64,000 nucleotides of DNA from the human T2T-CHM13v2.0 reference genome, Homo sapiens, in the NCBI RefSeq assembly GCF_009914755.1, contig NC_060926.1; one strand, given 5' to 3'. Below, one piece after another: positions 44,952 to 59,798 of this stretch (its first letter is position 1; each line of letters starts with the position of its first letter). The position numbers were made by a program, and so were the translations under genes. The notes below the pieces were generated by a model. That model was given only the letters and a program-made list of their open reading frames with translations, ran no database searches and was not told where the DNA came from.

Positions 44952-46777
44952 TAACTAGAATAACCTCAATTAATAGGTATATGCATGTGTATACCTACAT
45001 ACATATATATGAAACAGACTAAAAACTTTACTAAGATATATATAACAGAATGCTTAAACAAATGGAGACATGCAGCTTGGTCCTGATTACTTTTTAGAAG
45101 CTATGAGTCTAACTTTGATATCAAAATCTACCGACAAGAAGTGAAAGATAAAATCACAAATCACTCTAACTTTTAAAATGCAAAATTCCTAAATAAAAAC
45201 CTAGCAAACTGATGTATTCATTTAAAGAATAACACACGACATAAAGTTTATCAATCGACTTGATAGAAACCAACTTTATTAATCCACTGTATATACTTAC
45301 CAATTTCAATCAACATCCTAATCGGTACTCCACTAGAATCTATGTACGTACCCAACTTCAAAACATCCTAATATGGTATTTTTGAAACAGTACAAAGTAA
45401 ATCAAACTTCATTTGAAAGAATAAATTAATAAATATGGCTAATTCTCCACCCCACCCCCCTCCCACCACTACTGTCACTACTTTGATTTGACTCTCATCA
45501 CTCCTTTCCTGGATTACTGGACAAACCTCTTAACTGAGTTCCCTCCCCAGTGTGAAGGAGGAGGTTTTCAACTTAAAATCAGCACTCTGTTTAGCACACA
45601 CAGCCTTTCAAAGACCCTGCCCATCTTCTCTGGCCTCTCATCCTCCTCCATCCTTTTATTCCACTTACATCACTAACGGAAGTTCCTAGAATGAATGAAG
45701 AAGCAGTCTGGCCTTGAGTACCTTAGCACCCATATCTTATCTTTCTCAAAATCCCATCCTCCCGTTCTATTTTTTCAAAACTCGAAGTTCTTCTTCTTCC
45801 AGAAAGCCTTCTGTGACTTCCTCTGGTCTTACTTTCAGCCCTAGCTGAGACTTTCATACTACTGTGAGCACCGTGCTATGAAGGCATACCTCACACCATT
45901 CTATAATCAGTGCTTTAACAGACTGTTCACTGTTCACTCCTACTAGAACAGAAGCAGGCAGACAACTGAGGGGATGATGAGGCAAAGGAGCAATGGAGGG
46001 ACTATGAGAAGACTTAAGAAGAAAGGAAGGCATCTAAGAGAAAACTTCAACCTTGAGGTCATGAAGAACACAGCCAAAATGTCTATGCTAGAGCTAAAGG
46101 AGGCCACTTAGAAATTTACAGTAAGCAAAAAGGACTTTACTTCTTCAATCAGCCAAAGTAGCAAACCCTAAAGAGGGTCAGACAGAATGGTGTTTGCCCT
46201 TGCTGGTTCTTACCCTTCTTCCATGGGAAGAGTTCAGGCCTGGTTATTGAGAAAAGAGTTCCAGCAAGAGTAAGAGATACAGTAAGCAGAGACAGAAAAA
46301 GTTTGTTTGCCAACTCAGATTCCAGAATTTGAGATGTTAATGGTTTATAAGGAGTAAGAGCTTCAGGAAGAAATAGAAGAGTAGTAAGAATCCCATAGTC
46401 TCCATGCTCCAGACCCCCTTCCCATGATCTCCTTAAGAAATGGAGGAAAGGGCAGGAATAAATTTCATCTATTCTCACCTGTTACTACCTAATTCTAGAA
46501 GACAGTCTCTAGAACATTGAGACAGCATGCACTTAAAAGTCAAGGCTATAGGAATTACTTTGGGTAGCCACAATCCCACAAAAAGTAACATGCCATGGAT
46601 GCCAACTGGGCAAAAGCTGCCAGGAACCAGTTCAACCACCTTAGAAAAGGCACAGATATGGGAAACTTGGTTTTAGACATCTTGTCACACAGTAAAGGTA
46701 GTGGCAGAAGGAGGCAATTCCCATTTTCATGTCATCTGACCTTTTATCAAAAAAGAGGAAAAAGTATACCATAATCT

Positions 46778-47400
46778 TCATTCATTCAAACACTAATTCA
46801 CTCTACAAACAAATGTGGATACAGACTACATTAGGCACTTGGCAGAACTAGGGAGGGCAGACATGATCCCTGGCCCATACAGCTTACAGCCTCACGAGAA
46901 GGGAGGAAACAGTAAGTCCTACGACTGGGGAGAAGTACCACATCAGGAAAGGTGGCCAAAAGGACAGGATAACCCAGGTGAAACCCAAATGAGAAACTGG
47001 CTACCAAAAACAAATATTCTAGACAATGCAAAGACATGTACAAAGGCTAGGAGGTAAAAGACCCTACATATTTTAAGGAAACAAAAATTCAGAAAAGCTG
47101 GTGCAAAAAATGCTTGAAGGAAAGGGGGAAAGGAGAAGCTGTGAAGACCGATGAGAACAGAGAGGAAGGTAGCACCAGACCATCCAGGGTCTTATAAACC
47201 ATATTTTGGGATTTAACCTTTATTTTAAAAACATTAAGAGGAAGCCACGGAAGGATTTTAAGCAAATAAATGACTTGGCCAGACTCGTGTTCTTCTGCAG
47301 GTGCTCTGGCTGCAGGATGGAGAGTGAATAAAGAAAAGTAACCTGAAAAGGAGGAGAACAGTCAGGAAATTTGTAAAGCCAATCAGATGAACAACAATGA
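46778..47400 (-). mobile_element. L2 fragment
   Basis: (ttca)n L2 tail plus 'gggaagccac.gaaggattttaagca'-type motif; boundaries approximate. Confidence 0.55.
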
Positions 47401-47607
47401 CTACGACATGTTTTTAAGAGGCAAAAAACACAGGAAAAAAGTATGAAGACCAATAGTCTGGAAAGGAAATTTTTAGAAACAGCCACCATACTCTTGTACC
47501 CTAGGATTAAATCTGTCCCTTCATCTGCCCTACTATCCTTTATCCAATATCAATCCCAACCTCTTGGGTGAAATAAACCCTACTTCCCAACTGCCCAGCT
47601 GTATCAA

Positions 47608-47791
47608 CCAGCTGTCCAACACAGTAGTCACTGGCACATATGGTTAAAATAAAATACATTTTAAAATTTATTCCTTGGTAGCAATAGCTAATTTTCAAGT
47701 GTTCAATAGTAAAGGTGACTAGTGGCTACTGAATGTCCAGCATAGATATAAACATTTCCACCACCACAGAAAGGTCTACTGGACAGTGCTG
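47608..47791. mobile_element. MER3-like hAT-Charlie MITE
   Basis: Inverted ends cagctgtccaa and tactggacagtgctg; internal 'ctagtggctactg'. Confidence 0.65.
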
Positions 47792-49145
47792 AGGAACAGA
47801 TATACCTAAATTTGCCACTTCACTAGGTAGTCCTACTTAAACCAACACTGAAGGCACCTGTGAAGGCAGACTCACTCACTGTCTCATGCCACTCCTTGTA
47901 TATTAATAAGCCCTCACAGTGCAGTGACGAATCATGGTGTACAAACCACAAGACAGGCTCTGTGTTTTGGCTCATTAATCCTCACTATGCTCTGAAGAAA
48001 TAGAAATGCAGCAGGCATCACCCATGTTTTATAGGTGAGGACACCAAGGCACAGAAATTAACCTGCCTGAAGCTATACAGTCAGTAATGGAGTCACAAAT
48101 AAAAGCTAGATTCCCTAACGCCCTGACCAGTGCTCCATCCATTAAAGTAGTCATGGCTGATTTAAGAACCCTAGAATGAAAACTAGTCAGTTTCACCTGA
48201 CCCAAGCAATAATTTGCTTTACCAAATAGCTTGCAACACATATGGGAGGGTCATATCGGTTAGGTCCTTACAAAGAAATAGGTCCATGTATATGGAGACA
48301 CACACAAACACGCACGTGTGTACACACACACACACACACAAATAAAAACCGGAAGAATATACACATCCCCTGAATTTGCCCCAATTATCTTATAACCTGT
48401 GATGAGAGATAAAAGAGATTAGACACATTTACTGAAACTAACAGCACCAAGGTATGGTACATTCTTGCATTATTAATTTGGTTTTCAATTATGTTAAATA
48501 ATTACCAATAAAAAATTACAACCTAGAAGCCCTGCATTTTATAATTCTTATTTGCATCTGTTACCATTGAAAACTTAATTTTTTTGTGCCCTTTTCAAAC
48601 CTATAGAAGCAACAAGGGCAGAGACGCAATACCTGCATTTTCATTTCAACTACTTAATTAACTGAAAAGAATAAAATACTACATAGGGAGACATGAACCA
48701 AGTTACAGATTAAAGATACAAAATCTACATACAGCATTTGCTTGTGACACTCTTGACAATGCCAATTTTAAAATCCAGCTGCTGGCATTCACTAATGCAT
48801 CTCTGTGTCCTGACACTGCAAAAAGTTCACCCAGAACCTCATGTGAATGATGTAAAAAATTTAAGAAATAATTCAACTGCCCCGGCCCAATATTTAAATT
48901 CTTATATGCTTTACCTGTTGTAATAGTAAATACACAGAAAAAATAAAATGGGAATGAAATATTTAAAATAATTCCAAACTATTAGGAAGCATACAAAATA
49001 ATTATTTCTACAATAACTGCTTATTAAAGTGTAAATCAATCTACAGAATATAAACACTAAGTAAATTTTTCCATTAAATGAAAGCTTCCAAAATTGACAA
49101 CTGTTTCTGAATTAAGAAAGTAAATCTCCCCCAAATATGTCAGCA

Positions 49146-49873
49146 CAGTTATCCCCATTGCTATCCATGGGGAATTGGTTCCTCAACCCGTGATGTCAAA
49201 ATGTGCCGCTGCTCAAGTTTCTTATAAAAGATGGCATAGTATTTACTTGTAAACTACACACATCCTCCCGTATACTTTAAATCATCTCCAGATTACTTGT
49301 AATACCTAATAGTATGAAATGCTGTATAAATATTTATACTATATTGTTTTACCTATATTACTTATTATCGTAGTGTTATTTTTTTTCCCCTTTTTAAACT
49401 TTTATTCTAGGTTTTTATTTAAGTTGTGAAGGTTTGTTATATAGGTAAACTTGTGTAACGGGGGTGTGTTGTACAGATTATTTCACCACCCAGGTATTGA
49501 GCCTAGTACCTAATAGTTACTTTTTCTGCTCCTCTCCCTCCTCCCATCCTCCACACTCAAGTAGACTCTGGTGTCTGTTGTTCCCTTCTTTGTGTTCATG
49601 AATTCTCATCATTTAGCTCTCACTTATAAGTGAGAACATGCGGTATTTGGTTTTCTGTTCATGCGTTAGTTTACTAAGGATAATGGCCTCCAGCTCCATC
49701 ATGTGCCCACAAAAAAACATGATCTCATTCTTTTTTGTAGTTGCATAGTATTCCATGGTATATATGTAACACATTTTTTTTATCCGATCTGTCATTGATA
49801 TTTCCCAATTATTTTTGATCTGCAGTTGGCTGAATCCTCAAGTGTAGAACCCAAGAATATGAAGGACCAACTG
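49146..49873 (+). mobile_element. MER2 (TcMar-Tigger) interrupted by an L1 3' end
   Basis: MER2 motif 'catcctcccgtatactttaaatcatctccagattac'; ends 'gaccaactg' followed by TA. Confidence 0.75.
49385..49798 (-). mobile_element. Older L1PA (about PA13-16) 3' end
   Basis: Antisense ORF2 end (YTMEYYATTKKNEIM) and 3' UTR. Confidence 0.8.
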
Positions 49874-50050
49874 TATCATAAAAAGGGCATGAAGGCTGAT
49901 TATGAGTGCAGAATGTGATGATCACATCTAATTTTAGTTGTGAAAGTGAAGAAAGCCATCAACTTGACTATTTTAAAGTCTGCTTTATCACACACCTTGA
50001 TTCAAGAATATAGGTCCATTTTAAAAATAATTTTTACGTTGAACTACTTA

Positions 50051-50224
<174 letters not shown>

Positions 50225-51667
50225 CTAATTAAATTTTTTGAAAAAGAAGTGAAAGAAGTGATAAGAAAGAGCAATGGATGATATTATAATATCACACTTT
50301 AGAAAAATAAATGTAAACGTCAGGCAGTAAATTTATTGTTACCTAAATACTCAAAAACACTATAAGTTGCTGACAGAGTGAAAGTTACTATTAATAATCT
50401 TTCAATCAAGATCTGTGTAACTCATAAAAAAAGAAAGGCTATTCTCATTTGAGCCTTGGGTCAAGCACTTTTCTGTTTTTTAGAAGAAAATGTAGTTTTA
50501 AACCAACGGTAGCTCCTTAAATGTTCTACAATAAATGTAACACATTAAGAAAAAAGTCTACATATTTAATAACAAGATGATACATAAAATCTGTACCAGT
50601 ACATACACATATCATGCAACAAAGTAAGTATCCGTGAAGGAATGCTTTTAAGATAAGCTATTTGCTGAACCTACAAATTGCTGTATGGCTGCTGTTATTG
50701 ATAAGAGAAATAACACGAGTAGGAATACAAAAAGAGCTTGCTGAATGACAGAAACGGCAACAATGGAGTGTTCAAAGATGCCTTACATCCAAATCTTTCC
50801 TTATGTCTAATGAACTATAAACAATGCTGTATTCTAATAAATCTCTGGCATTCTATACTTTTTAAGTACATCAATTTCAATTCATAATAAGTGATATCAC
50901 ACTCAACATCTGTAGGTCTATTTTTAGGAGAAAGGAATCCAAACTAGGCACTAAACCCTCTAAATCACTAACCAATCTTTACTACAACTTGCCTTAGTGG
51001 CTTTGAAGAAAAAAATAAAATTAACCTTTCTTTGAAAAGGTTAGCCAGCCAGTAGAGTCCAACCAGCAAAGCGACTGATCTAGACTAAACTCTCCCAGCT
51101 TTCTTGCACCTAGCCTACTGAGAGTCTCCTAATTTCTGGGCTGAATTTCTAGTTTACAGGATGAAGGCATCCACTTCATTTGCTGACACTTCTGTGGCTG
51201 CATTCAAATCTCATGTTTGTCCTAATGTAATTGGCCTACATACCAATTGTTTCCAAGTATTTGTGTCATTCTGTTTCCAGATTATGCTTCACACTTTTTT
51301 AGTAATAATGAGCAAAGACCTTTAAAAATGTTTAATGTAAGCAAAGATTTCTACTGCCTTATATATCTACAATTGGATAGGGTATAAGTGAGGCTAAGAT
51401 AGACCCTCAGTGAGAATTACTTCCTTGTGATCACTTTCCTATACTCAGTTCCTCCGACCTCTTTTTGTTCTAAGAAATTTGGTTCCAGTGACATGCAGTG
51501 CTACAGAATGGAGCCTGATGTCAGCTGTAGCTGTTACCTCTAGACATTAGCTAAATTCTGCAGTACAGTACAAATGGATTCCTAAATCTAAAGGTAGTCT
51601 GTCAAAAGGTAACCAATTTCTTGCCTGTCACAAATGAAAAGCTAGAAGGAAAGTAATCATGTTCTCA

Positions 51668-51883
<216 letters not shown>

Positions 51884-52005
51884 CTAGAAAAATGAACAAA
51901 ACGGAAATTAAAAAGCATTAAGGAAAGAAAGGAAAATATTGAGCTTTTTTAAATGCTGCCTTCTTCAATATAAAGTAAAACTTAAATCGTTTTCTCTTAA
52001 GGCTA

Positions 52006-52349
<344 letters not shown>

Positions 52350-54018
52350 TTATTCTGAGATATCAAGAAGTACAGTCATGCTTGAATATAGACTACAAAA
52401 TCTATTAGAAAGCCATATTCAAAATTCATTTCAGGTACCAAATAAAGGACACTGGCCAAAGATCATGTGCTCACAATGAAGTTTTAAAAGCCATAATTTC
52501 ACTTGTGAAAAAAACAATTTTTGAGCATTTGTAAATGGCTTCTGAGTATTGTTTAAAACAACCAAAACTGTTTAGCCCAGAAGACTACTCAGTGAAACCA
52601 AAGTTAAAAAACAGCCAAAAACTGCCATTTTATTGGCAGTTACTCCATCCTAATACATTTAGTTTATATTCACCTTATTTGTTCAACATTTTCTAGGAAG
52701 CAACAGTTGCTCTGTTTAAAATGGCAAAAAAAGAGATCAGTACAAACCTATTCAAATCAGCCCACAGAATTAGCATTAAATTTTTTATCCCCCTGCTCCC
52801 CGCCCAGTTCAAGACTAAAATCACCACCCATTATCAACTAATTCAACTATACGAAATAGAGCTTCTGTAATGTAGCCTTACAAGTCTTTTCTAACAAGTG
52901 GTTTTCAATTTCTCTATTTCTCTATTCCAGTACTCTGGAGAGCTATGCAACAATGTTATAACAGTAGCAACAGTAGCACACTGATGCAATGGAGAAGGCA
53001 GATGAGGAATAGTAAGAAATACAATAACTTTACTTTAGAAATCACAACCTCTTTTTAAATCAGATGAGCAAGATCCGGGGAATAAGTGAATTAAAATGAG
53101 GCACAAGGCAAGGAAAATACTCTGAAGGCAGACAATATTAATTCGACTTTCATATTAAGACACCGTCAATTATTAAATAGCATTAAAATTGAAGACCCCT
53201 TCCAGTTTTGAACTTTCTGTGTCTTGTGTGTCATGATCCAACTAAATCCTACTATAAATGAGTAGACTTTTAAGGTCACTTTAAAGCTGTCTTGAAGTAA
53301 GACAAAAAAAATAGCTTCCCTCTGCTGCCAGCCTCCAGCGAAGGTAGACTGTGGCAAAGGAGTTCTGGGGAACTGGTCTCAGGTAGTCTGCCCTCCCACT
53401 CTTCTTTTTTATTTTCCTAGAAGTGAGAGATAATAATCCTCCAGCTATCTAATACCAGGGTCTCTTAAATTTGGCCCTTCATGTAATGTGGAAAGATCTG
53501 ACATCTATCATTTATATTTAATTACATATTACGTTTTAAGTATCCGTTAACTCTTAAAGCCTTTTTAAAAATCTCTAGCTGTAATATAAAGGATACTGTC
53601 CCTTTGTAAAACAATGTCAGGCTTTAGGAAGAAGGAGGCATTTATGCAGCGGGATGAAGGTAAAAATTTTCTTGAAATTACATTATTATCACCACTCACT
53701 GCAAATATAACTAATCAGTTCTTTTAGGATAACAGGGCAGGGTACAGTACCTAAGTCCATGAAGATAAAGCAAAAATATCTAGCAGAGCATACTCTCAAA
53801 AAAGACCAAATAAAAAGCTATAGACAGAAGTTACATGCATAACATTGTGTTCAATGAGTTTCGTGAGTGCTTCTTTAGTGAATAAATCTCTCCCCACCCA
53901 ACCCCTCTCCCAATACTTTTTTCTGAAATTTTTTTCCTCTGTTGGTTTGATAATGTAGAAATCACTAATTCTCCTAAATATAATATTTGATTTTTTTTTC
54001 TTTTTAAAAAATTTTGCT

Positions 54019-54311
54019 GGCCAGACGTGGTGGCTCACACCTGTAATCCCAGCACTTTGGGAGGCTGAGGCAGGCAAATCATGAGGTCAGGAGTTTGAGA
54101 TCAGCCTAGCCAACATGGTGAAATCCCGTCTCTCCTAAAAACACAAAAATTAGCCAGGCATGGTGGTACACGCCTGTAATCCTAGCTACTCAGGAGGCTG
54201 AGACAGGAGAACTGCTTGAACCCAGGAGGCGGAGGTTGCAGTGAGTTGAGATCACACCACTGCACTCCAGCCTGGGCGACAGAGCGAGACTCTACCTCAG
54301 AAAAAAAAAAA
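54019..54311 (+). mobile_element. AluS
   Basis: Full dimer with A tail. Confidence 0.88.
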
Positions 54312-54584
54312 ATGCTTTTTATATCTAATTGTCTCTGTTTCTGTGCTCTGGGCTGTTTCTCAAATCTTCAGTTTTCTAAAAAAGTAAATTCTCATGCAAC
54401 ATACATTTTTATATTCCTAAATTAACAAAATGACCTTAAATGCTCAATGGGTCTAAAAGGATTGTAGGTTTCAAATTAATTACCCCAGTTTCAGGAAAAA
54501 AAAAAAAAAAAAAAAGCAACATTTTCCCAGATTTCTTAACAGTGCAAATTCTACTTCTAGAGCAAGTTATCATGTATTTAGCAA

Positions 54585-54820
54585 CTGGAGTGCAATGGCA
54601 TGATCATAGCTCACTGTAACTTCAAGCTCCTGGGCCCAAGCAATTCTCCTGCCTCAGCCTCAGCAGTATGCTACTGCTAGGCATACATCACCATGCCCGG
54701 CTAATTTTTTTTTATTGTTTTGTAGAGATGGGGGTCTCACTATGTTGCCCAAACTAATGGACTCAAGCAATCTCCTGCCTTAGCTTCCAAAATTATTGGG
54801 ATTACAGGTGTGAGCCCCTG
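54585..54820 (-). mobile_element. AluJ, partial
   Basis: 'ctggagtgcaatggcatgatcatagctcactg...ggtctcactatgttgccc'. Confidence 0.8.
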
Positions 54821-56045
54821 CAACTTTTGCTTTATATTCATAACGGTTACAAATGAATGCAGGAATATCTGCCAAGATACAAATTTTTTTTTCCAAAACA
54901 ATCCTGTAACAAGTGAGGAGATAAACTGCCAGAACCACACACATTCCCTATCTTTAACATGAAAGTACTCACACATAAAAACCTTCTCAAAGACTTCCCC
55001 ATTCTAATTCTACATGGTAATGCAAAAAAAAAATATTAAAGAAGCTTAAAAAATAATATAAACACAATTGTGAAATGGAAGAGTCTCAAGGGAATAGTCA
55101 AACAGAAACGGAGTGACAATTTAAAGAATACAAGTAGACTCTCTTTTAAGGCTGTTAGACAGTTGCTATTTTTCTTTCATGTCACCTCTTCATATTATCA
55201 AAGTGTCTTCTGTTAACATTCTCCCCACCCCTGAACTGTATAGCTGATTAGCAAACGGCTTGCTTTTTATAACCAATCTGCTTTCTCCTCTCTAGTACTT
55301 GAAAGTTTTGTCATATTTTCATCTTTCTACTTCATGTAAATGTAATGTCATGCGCATAAATAAAATTATGATAATTAGATAGAGTCTACAGTAACTGGAA
55401 TAGCTTGAACTGATATGAAGTAGCCAGGAAATAAATTAAGTTTGGATTCTGGCTTCTTTAAATTACTTTCAAGTACTCACTTTTGGGCTCCTCACAACTT
55501 GAAAGAATAATTGAACTTTTCTTAAACCACAGCAAACATAATTTATCTAAGGAAAGTATTTGCCAAGGCTTATTAAAAATTTTAAATGAATTTGGTATTT
55601 TCAAATAATACACTGAAGGCTGAAAATAAGAGTGTGTGTGTGTCCCACTGAATCTTTTATTCCTAATCTTTCAATCAAAGGAAAGATCCTTCACACATTT
55701 GTACATACTGCAGATCCACACATATTCCAACAATATAAATTAACTTTCCAAAAACACACACATAAAAACAAAACTTTTCCTTATTATAAATGTTAGCTCT
55801 TCTAAAATACCATTAATAAACATATTCATAAAAACAATACAGAACGTTACAATTAAGTATAAGACAAATGACTTGCCTAGCATGGTTAAGCCTTTCCATG
55901 TAAATGAACCGACCAGGAACCAAAGACTTCCCTTCTTGGCAATTAGATGCCATTAAAACAAACAAACAAAAATGAACCAACTGGAATGAAGCTCTAAAAT
56001 ATGTTAAATATTTCTGTAGCTTCTTAGAATTTACTGAATAAAATA

Positions 56046-58280
56046 CAGGCATATCTCGGAGATACTGTCAGTTCAGTTCCAGGTCACTGCGATAAAGCAA
56101 ATATTGCAATAAAACAAGTCACACGAATCTTCTGGTTTCCCAGCACATATAAAAGTTATATGTGCACTATACTGTAGTCTACTAAGTGTGCAATAGCATT
56201 ATGTTTTTTAAAAAAAATGAACAGACCTTAATTGAAAATAACTTTATTGCTAAAAAATGGTGACAATTGTTTTGCTGGTGGATGGTCTTGCCTTGATGCT
56301 GCTGGCTGCTGACTGAGCAAGCAGGTAGTTGCTGAAGGTTTGGGTGGTTGTGACAGTTTCTTAAATCAGGACAATGAAGTATGCCACATCCACTGACATT
56401 TCATGAAAGATTTATCTGTAGCATGTGACGCTGTTTGGTAGCATTTTATCTGCGTAGAACTTCTCCCAAGATTGGAGCCAATCCTCTCAAACCCTGCTGC
56501 TGTTTTATCAACTAAGATGATATAATTTTCTAAATCCTTTGTTGTCATTTCAACAGTGTTCACAACATCTTCACCAGAAGTAGATTCCATCTGCAGAAAC
56601 CACTTTCTTTCTCATCTATAACAAACAACGCCTCATCCATTGAAGTTTGATCATGAGGCTGCAGCAATTCAGTTACGTCTTCAGGCTCCACTTCTAATTC
56701 TAGTTATCTTGCTATTTCTACTACATCTATAGTTACTTTCTCCACTTAAGTTCTGAACCTCTCAAAGTCATCCATGAAAACTGTAATCAACTCTTTTCCA
56801 AACTACTGTTAATGTTAACATTTGGACATCCTCCCATGAATCATCAATGATATTAATGGCATCTAGAATGGTGAGTCATTTCCAGAATCATCTGTGGAAT
56901 ACCCATCTACAACAGCTATAGCCTTACAAAATGCTTAAGTAACAAGACTTGAAAGTAAAGTTACTCCTTGATCCATGGGCTACAGAATTGATGTTTTGTT
57001 GGGAGACATGAAAACAGCATTAATGTCCTTATCTTCATCAGAACACTTGGGTGACTAGGTGGCACTGTCAATTAGTAATATTTTGAATATCTTTCCTGAA
57101 CAGTAGGTCTCAACAGCAGGCTTAAAATATTTAGCAAACCATGCTGTCAAGATGTGCTCCCACCCAGGCTTTGTTGTTCTAAATGGTAAATGAGCATTGG
57201 CTTCCACTTCAAGTCACCAGCTGCATTAGCCCCTAACAAGAAAGCCTGTCCTTTGAAGCCAGGCATTGACTTCTCCTTTCTAGCTATGAAAGACACAGAT
57301 GGCATATTCTTCCAACAAAAGGCTGTTTCAACTTCACTGAAATCTGTTGTTTAGTGTGCCACTCTCATAATTATCTTGGCTAGATCTTCTGGATAACCTG
57401 CTGCAGTTTCTCCATCAGCACCTGCTGTTTCAACTTGCATTGTTATATTATGGAGACAGCTTTTTTCCTTCAACTTCATGAACCAACCTCTGCTAGCTTC
57501 CAACTTTTCTTCTGCAGCTTCCTCACCTCTCTCAGTCTTCACAGAATTGAAGAGATTTAGGATCTTGCTCTGGAGTAGGGTTTTGCTTAAGGAAATGTGG
57601 TTGGTTTGATCATCTATCCAGACCATTCCAACTCTCCTCATATCGGCAGTAAGGCGGTTATGCTTTCTTCTCATCTCATTTGTGTATTCAACAGGGTAGC
57701 TCTTTTAAATTACTTAAAGAATTTTTTCTTTGCATTCACAAATTGGCTGTTTGGCAAGAGACCTAGCTTTTGGCCTATCTCAACTTTCAACATGCCTTCC
57801 TCACTCATCATTTCTAGCTTCTTATATAAAGTAAGAGATGAGTGACTCTTCCTTCCACTTGAAAACTCAGAGGACATTGTAGGGTTGTTAGTTTACCTAA
57901 ATTCAATATTCTTGTGTCCCAGGAAACAGGGATTCAAAGGGAGAGAGATGGGAGAATTATCAGTAAGCAGAATAGTCAGAAAAGACATTTATCAATTAAG
58001 TTTGCCATGTTACATGGCCAGGGTTTGTGGTGCCCCAAAGCAATTACAATAGTTACATCAAAGATCACTGATCACAAATCACCGTAACAGATACAACAAT
58101 AGTGAAAATATCTGAAATATTGTGAGAATTACCAAAATGTGACACAGAGACACACTGAGCATAGGCTGTTGGAAAAACAGCACTGACAGACTTGCTCAAT
58201 GCAGGATTGCCAAAAAACACAAAAACAAAACTCTCTGCGAAGCATAAAAAAGTGAAGTGCAATTAAATGAGGTATGCCTG
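56046..58280 (-). mobile_element. Near full-length Tigger1 DNA transposon with a decayed transposase
   Basis: Both TIRs (caggcatatctc / gaggtatgcctg) with TA TSDs. Transposase remnants on the minus strand from ATG ~57877 include [18 protein letters not shown] (Tigger1/TIGD1-like), with several frameshifts. Confidence 0.92.
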
Positions 58281-58911
58281 TAATTTAACAGATAATTCTG
58301 ATAACCTGGTCAATGGCACAATAAGTTACTGGTATTACAAAAGCAGACTTATACATATGTGGTGAGTGACAGAGGAGAAAAATAGATACTGACTCCAGGA
58401 GGTGTTTTAGAAATTAAACTCTTGAAAATATCACATATGCCAAGGCTGCTTTTGTTTCCTTTGCTACCTTCTCATGAAGCTACTATGAAGGATATATAAT
58501 TTCACACACAATATAACATGACTGTCTTCAAGTATAATAAACTACAAAGTTAAACTCTAAATGAGACTCCTCACAAGGGATCTTCTCTCTCTCCAGGGGA
58601 TCTTCATCACCTTTGTTATGTTCTAAGCATACCATGCCTTGTAAGTTGCATTCAAAACATTATCTATTATGTCTACATCACTAATAAATCATGGCATGCC
58701 AGCTTCAAGCCATTCTTCTATTCCACAGTAAGTCATTGCTGTGGCATAAATTATGAGTAATCATTGCCATTTTAAGAATTTGTGCTAGAGAACTTGGTAG
58801 AAGGGTGTGGGGGAAGAAAAGGGGAAGGTCAGGATGGCACAAATTCTCAAGCAAAGCTGACATAATAGAAAATAAAAAATTTTCTCTATATCCTTAGTAT
58901 TTTGTTTTCTA

Positions 58912-58938
58912 TTGGGTTGGTGCAAAAGTAATTGTGGT
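58912..58938 (+). mobile_element. Solo Hsmar1/MADE1 terminal inverted repeat
   Basis: ta|ttgggttggtgcaaaagtaattgtggt compared with the consensus TTAGGTTGGTGCAAAAGTAATTGCGGT. Confidence 0.75.
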
Positions 58939-59235
58939 AATAAATCAGAAGAATAAACAACGAGTATCTTAGTTTCTACTTACGCACAAAGCTTTCTCAT
59001 AAACTCTCCCATTCATGACACAGTGTTCTCAATAGCAGTTTAACATAGCTGATGCAGACATTCAAATAGGAACATGAGTTATGAAGATATTCAAATAGGA
59101 AGAGGGGTATAAAAAAGACTTACTGATAGGAGAGCAGAGAAATGATAATTTTGATTTCGGTCAGATTACTCTGGCTGTTACATAGAGAACTGACTGCAGG
59201 AAATACAAAGGGAAATTAGGAAGCTACTTCAGTGG

Positions 59236-59798
59236 TGTGGTCAAAAAATTACGACCTCCAAAAATGTCCACACACGAATAATCCCCAGAACCTGTGACTA
59301 TGTTACCTTACGTGGTGAAAGGGACACTGCAGTGTAATTAAGTGGACACACCTTGAGATGGGGAGATTATTCCGCATTTCTCAAGTAGCCCAATTTAATC
59401 GTATGAATTCTTAAAAGCAGAGGGTCTTTCTGGCTATGTCAGAAAGATAAGATGTGAGAAGGACTCAATCTGCTGCTGCTGGATGAGATGAAGAAGAGGA
59501 CCACGAACTAAAGGAATGTGAGAGTCTCTAGAACCTGGAAACAACCCTCAGCTGAAAACCAGCAAGAAATCTGGATCTCAGTCTTACCACAAGAATTATG
59601 AAGTCCCTGCCAACCATCCAAGCAAAAATGAAATGGGTCTTTCCTGGAACCTCCTGAAAACAGCTGACAACATGATTTTAGTGTGATGAGACCCATACTA
59701 GACTTCAGGTGTACAGAACTGTAAGAAAATTAATTTGCATTGCTTTGAATCACTAACTTTGTGGAAGTTTGTTTTGGCACCAATAGAAAATTAATGCA
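59236..59798 (+). mobile_element. MLT1D/E-like MaLR solo LTR
   Basis: TG...CA ends, perfect 5-bp TSD agtgg, and 'aatccccagaacctgtgactatgttaccttac'. Confidence 0.82.

Larger units (their letters stand above)
43790..45430 (+). mobile_element. Highly degenerate old L1M ORF2 fragment
   Basis: Weak ORF2 homology ('aatgcaaaattcctaaa...ctagcaaa', 'atcatctctgcagaagctgaaaa', 'ctggaagcactgacaaatgcaataag'). Confidence 0.55.

Noticed and set aside
57351-57674. Domesticated TIGD1-like transposase
   Set aside because: Only a 107-aa open remnant of a frameshifted Tigger1; no intact DDE domain frame.
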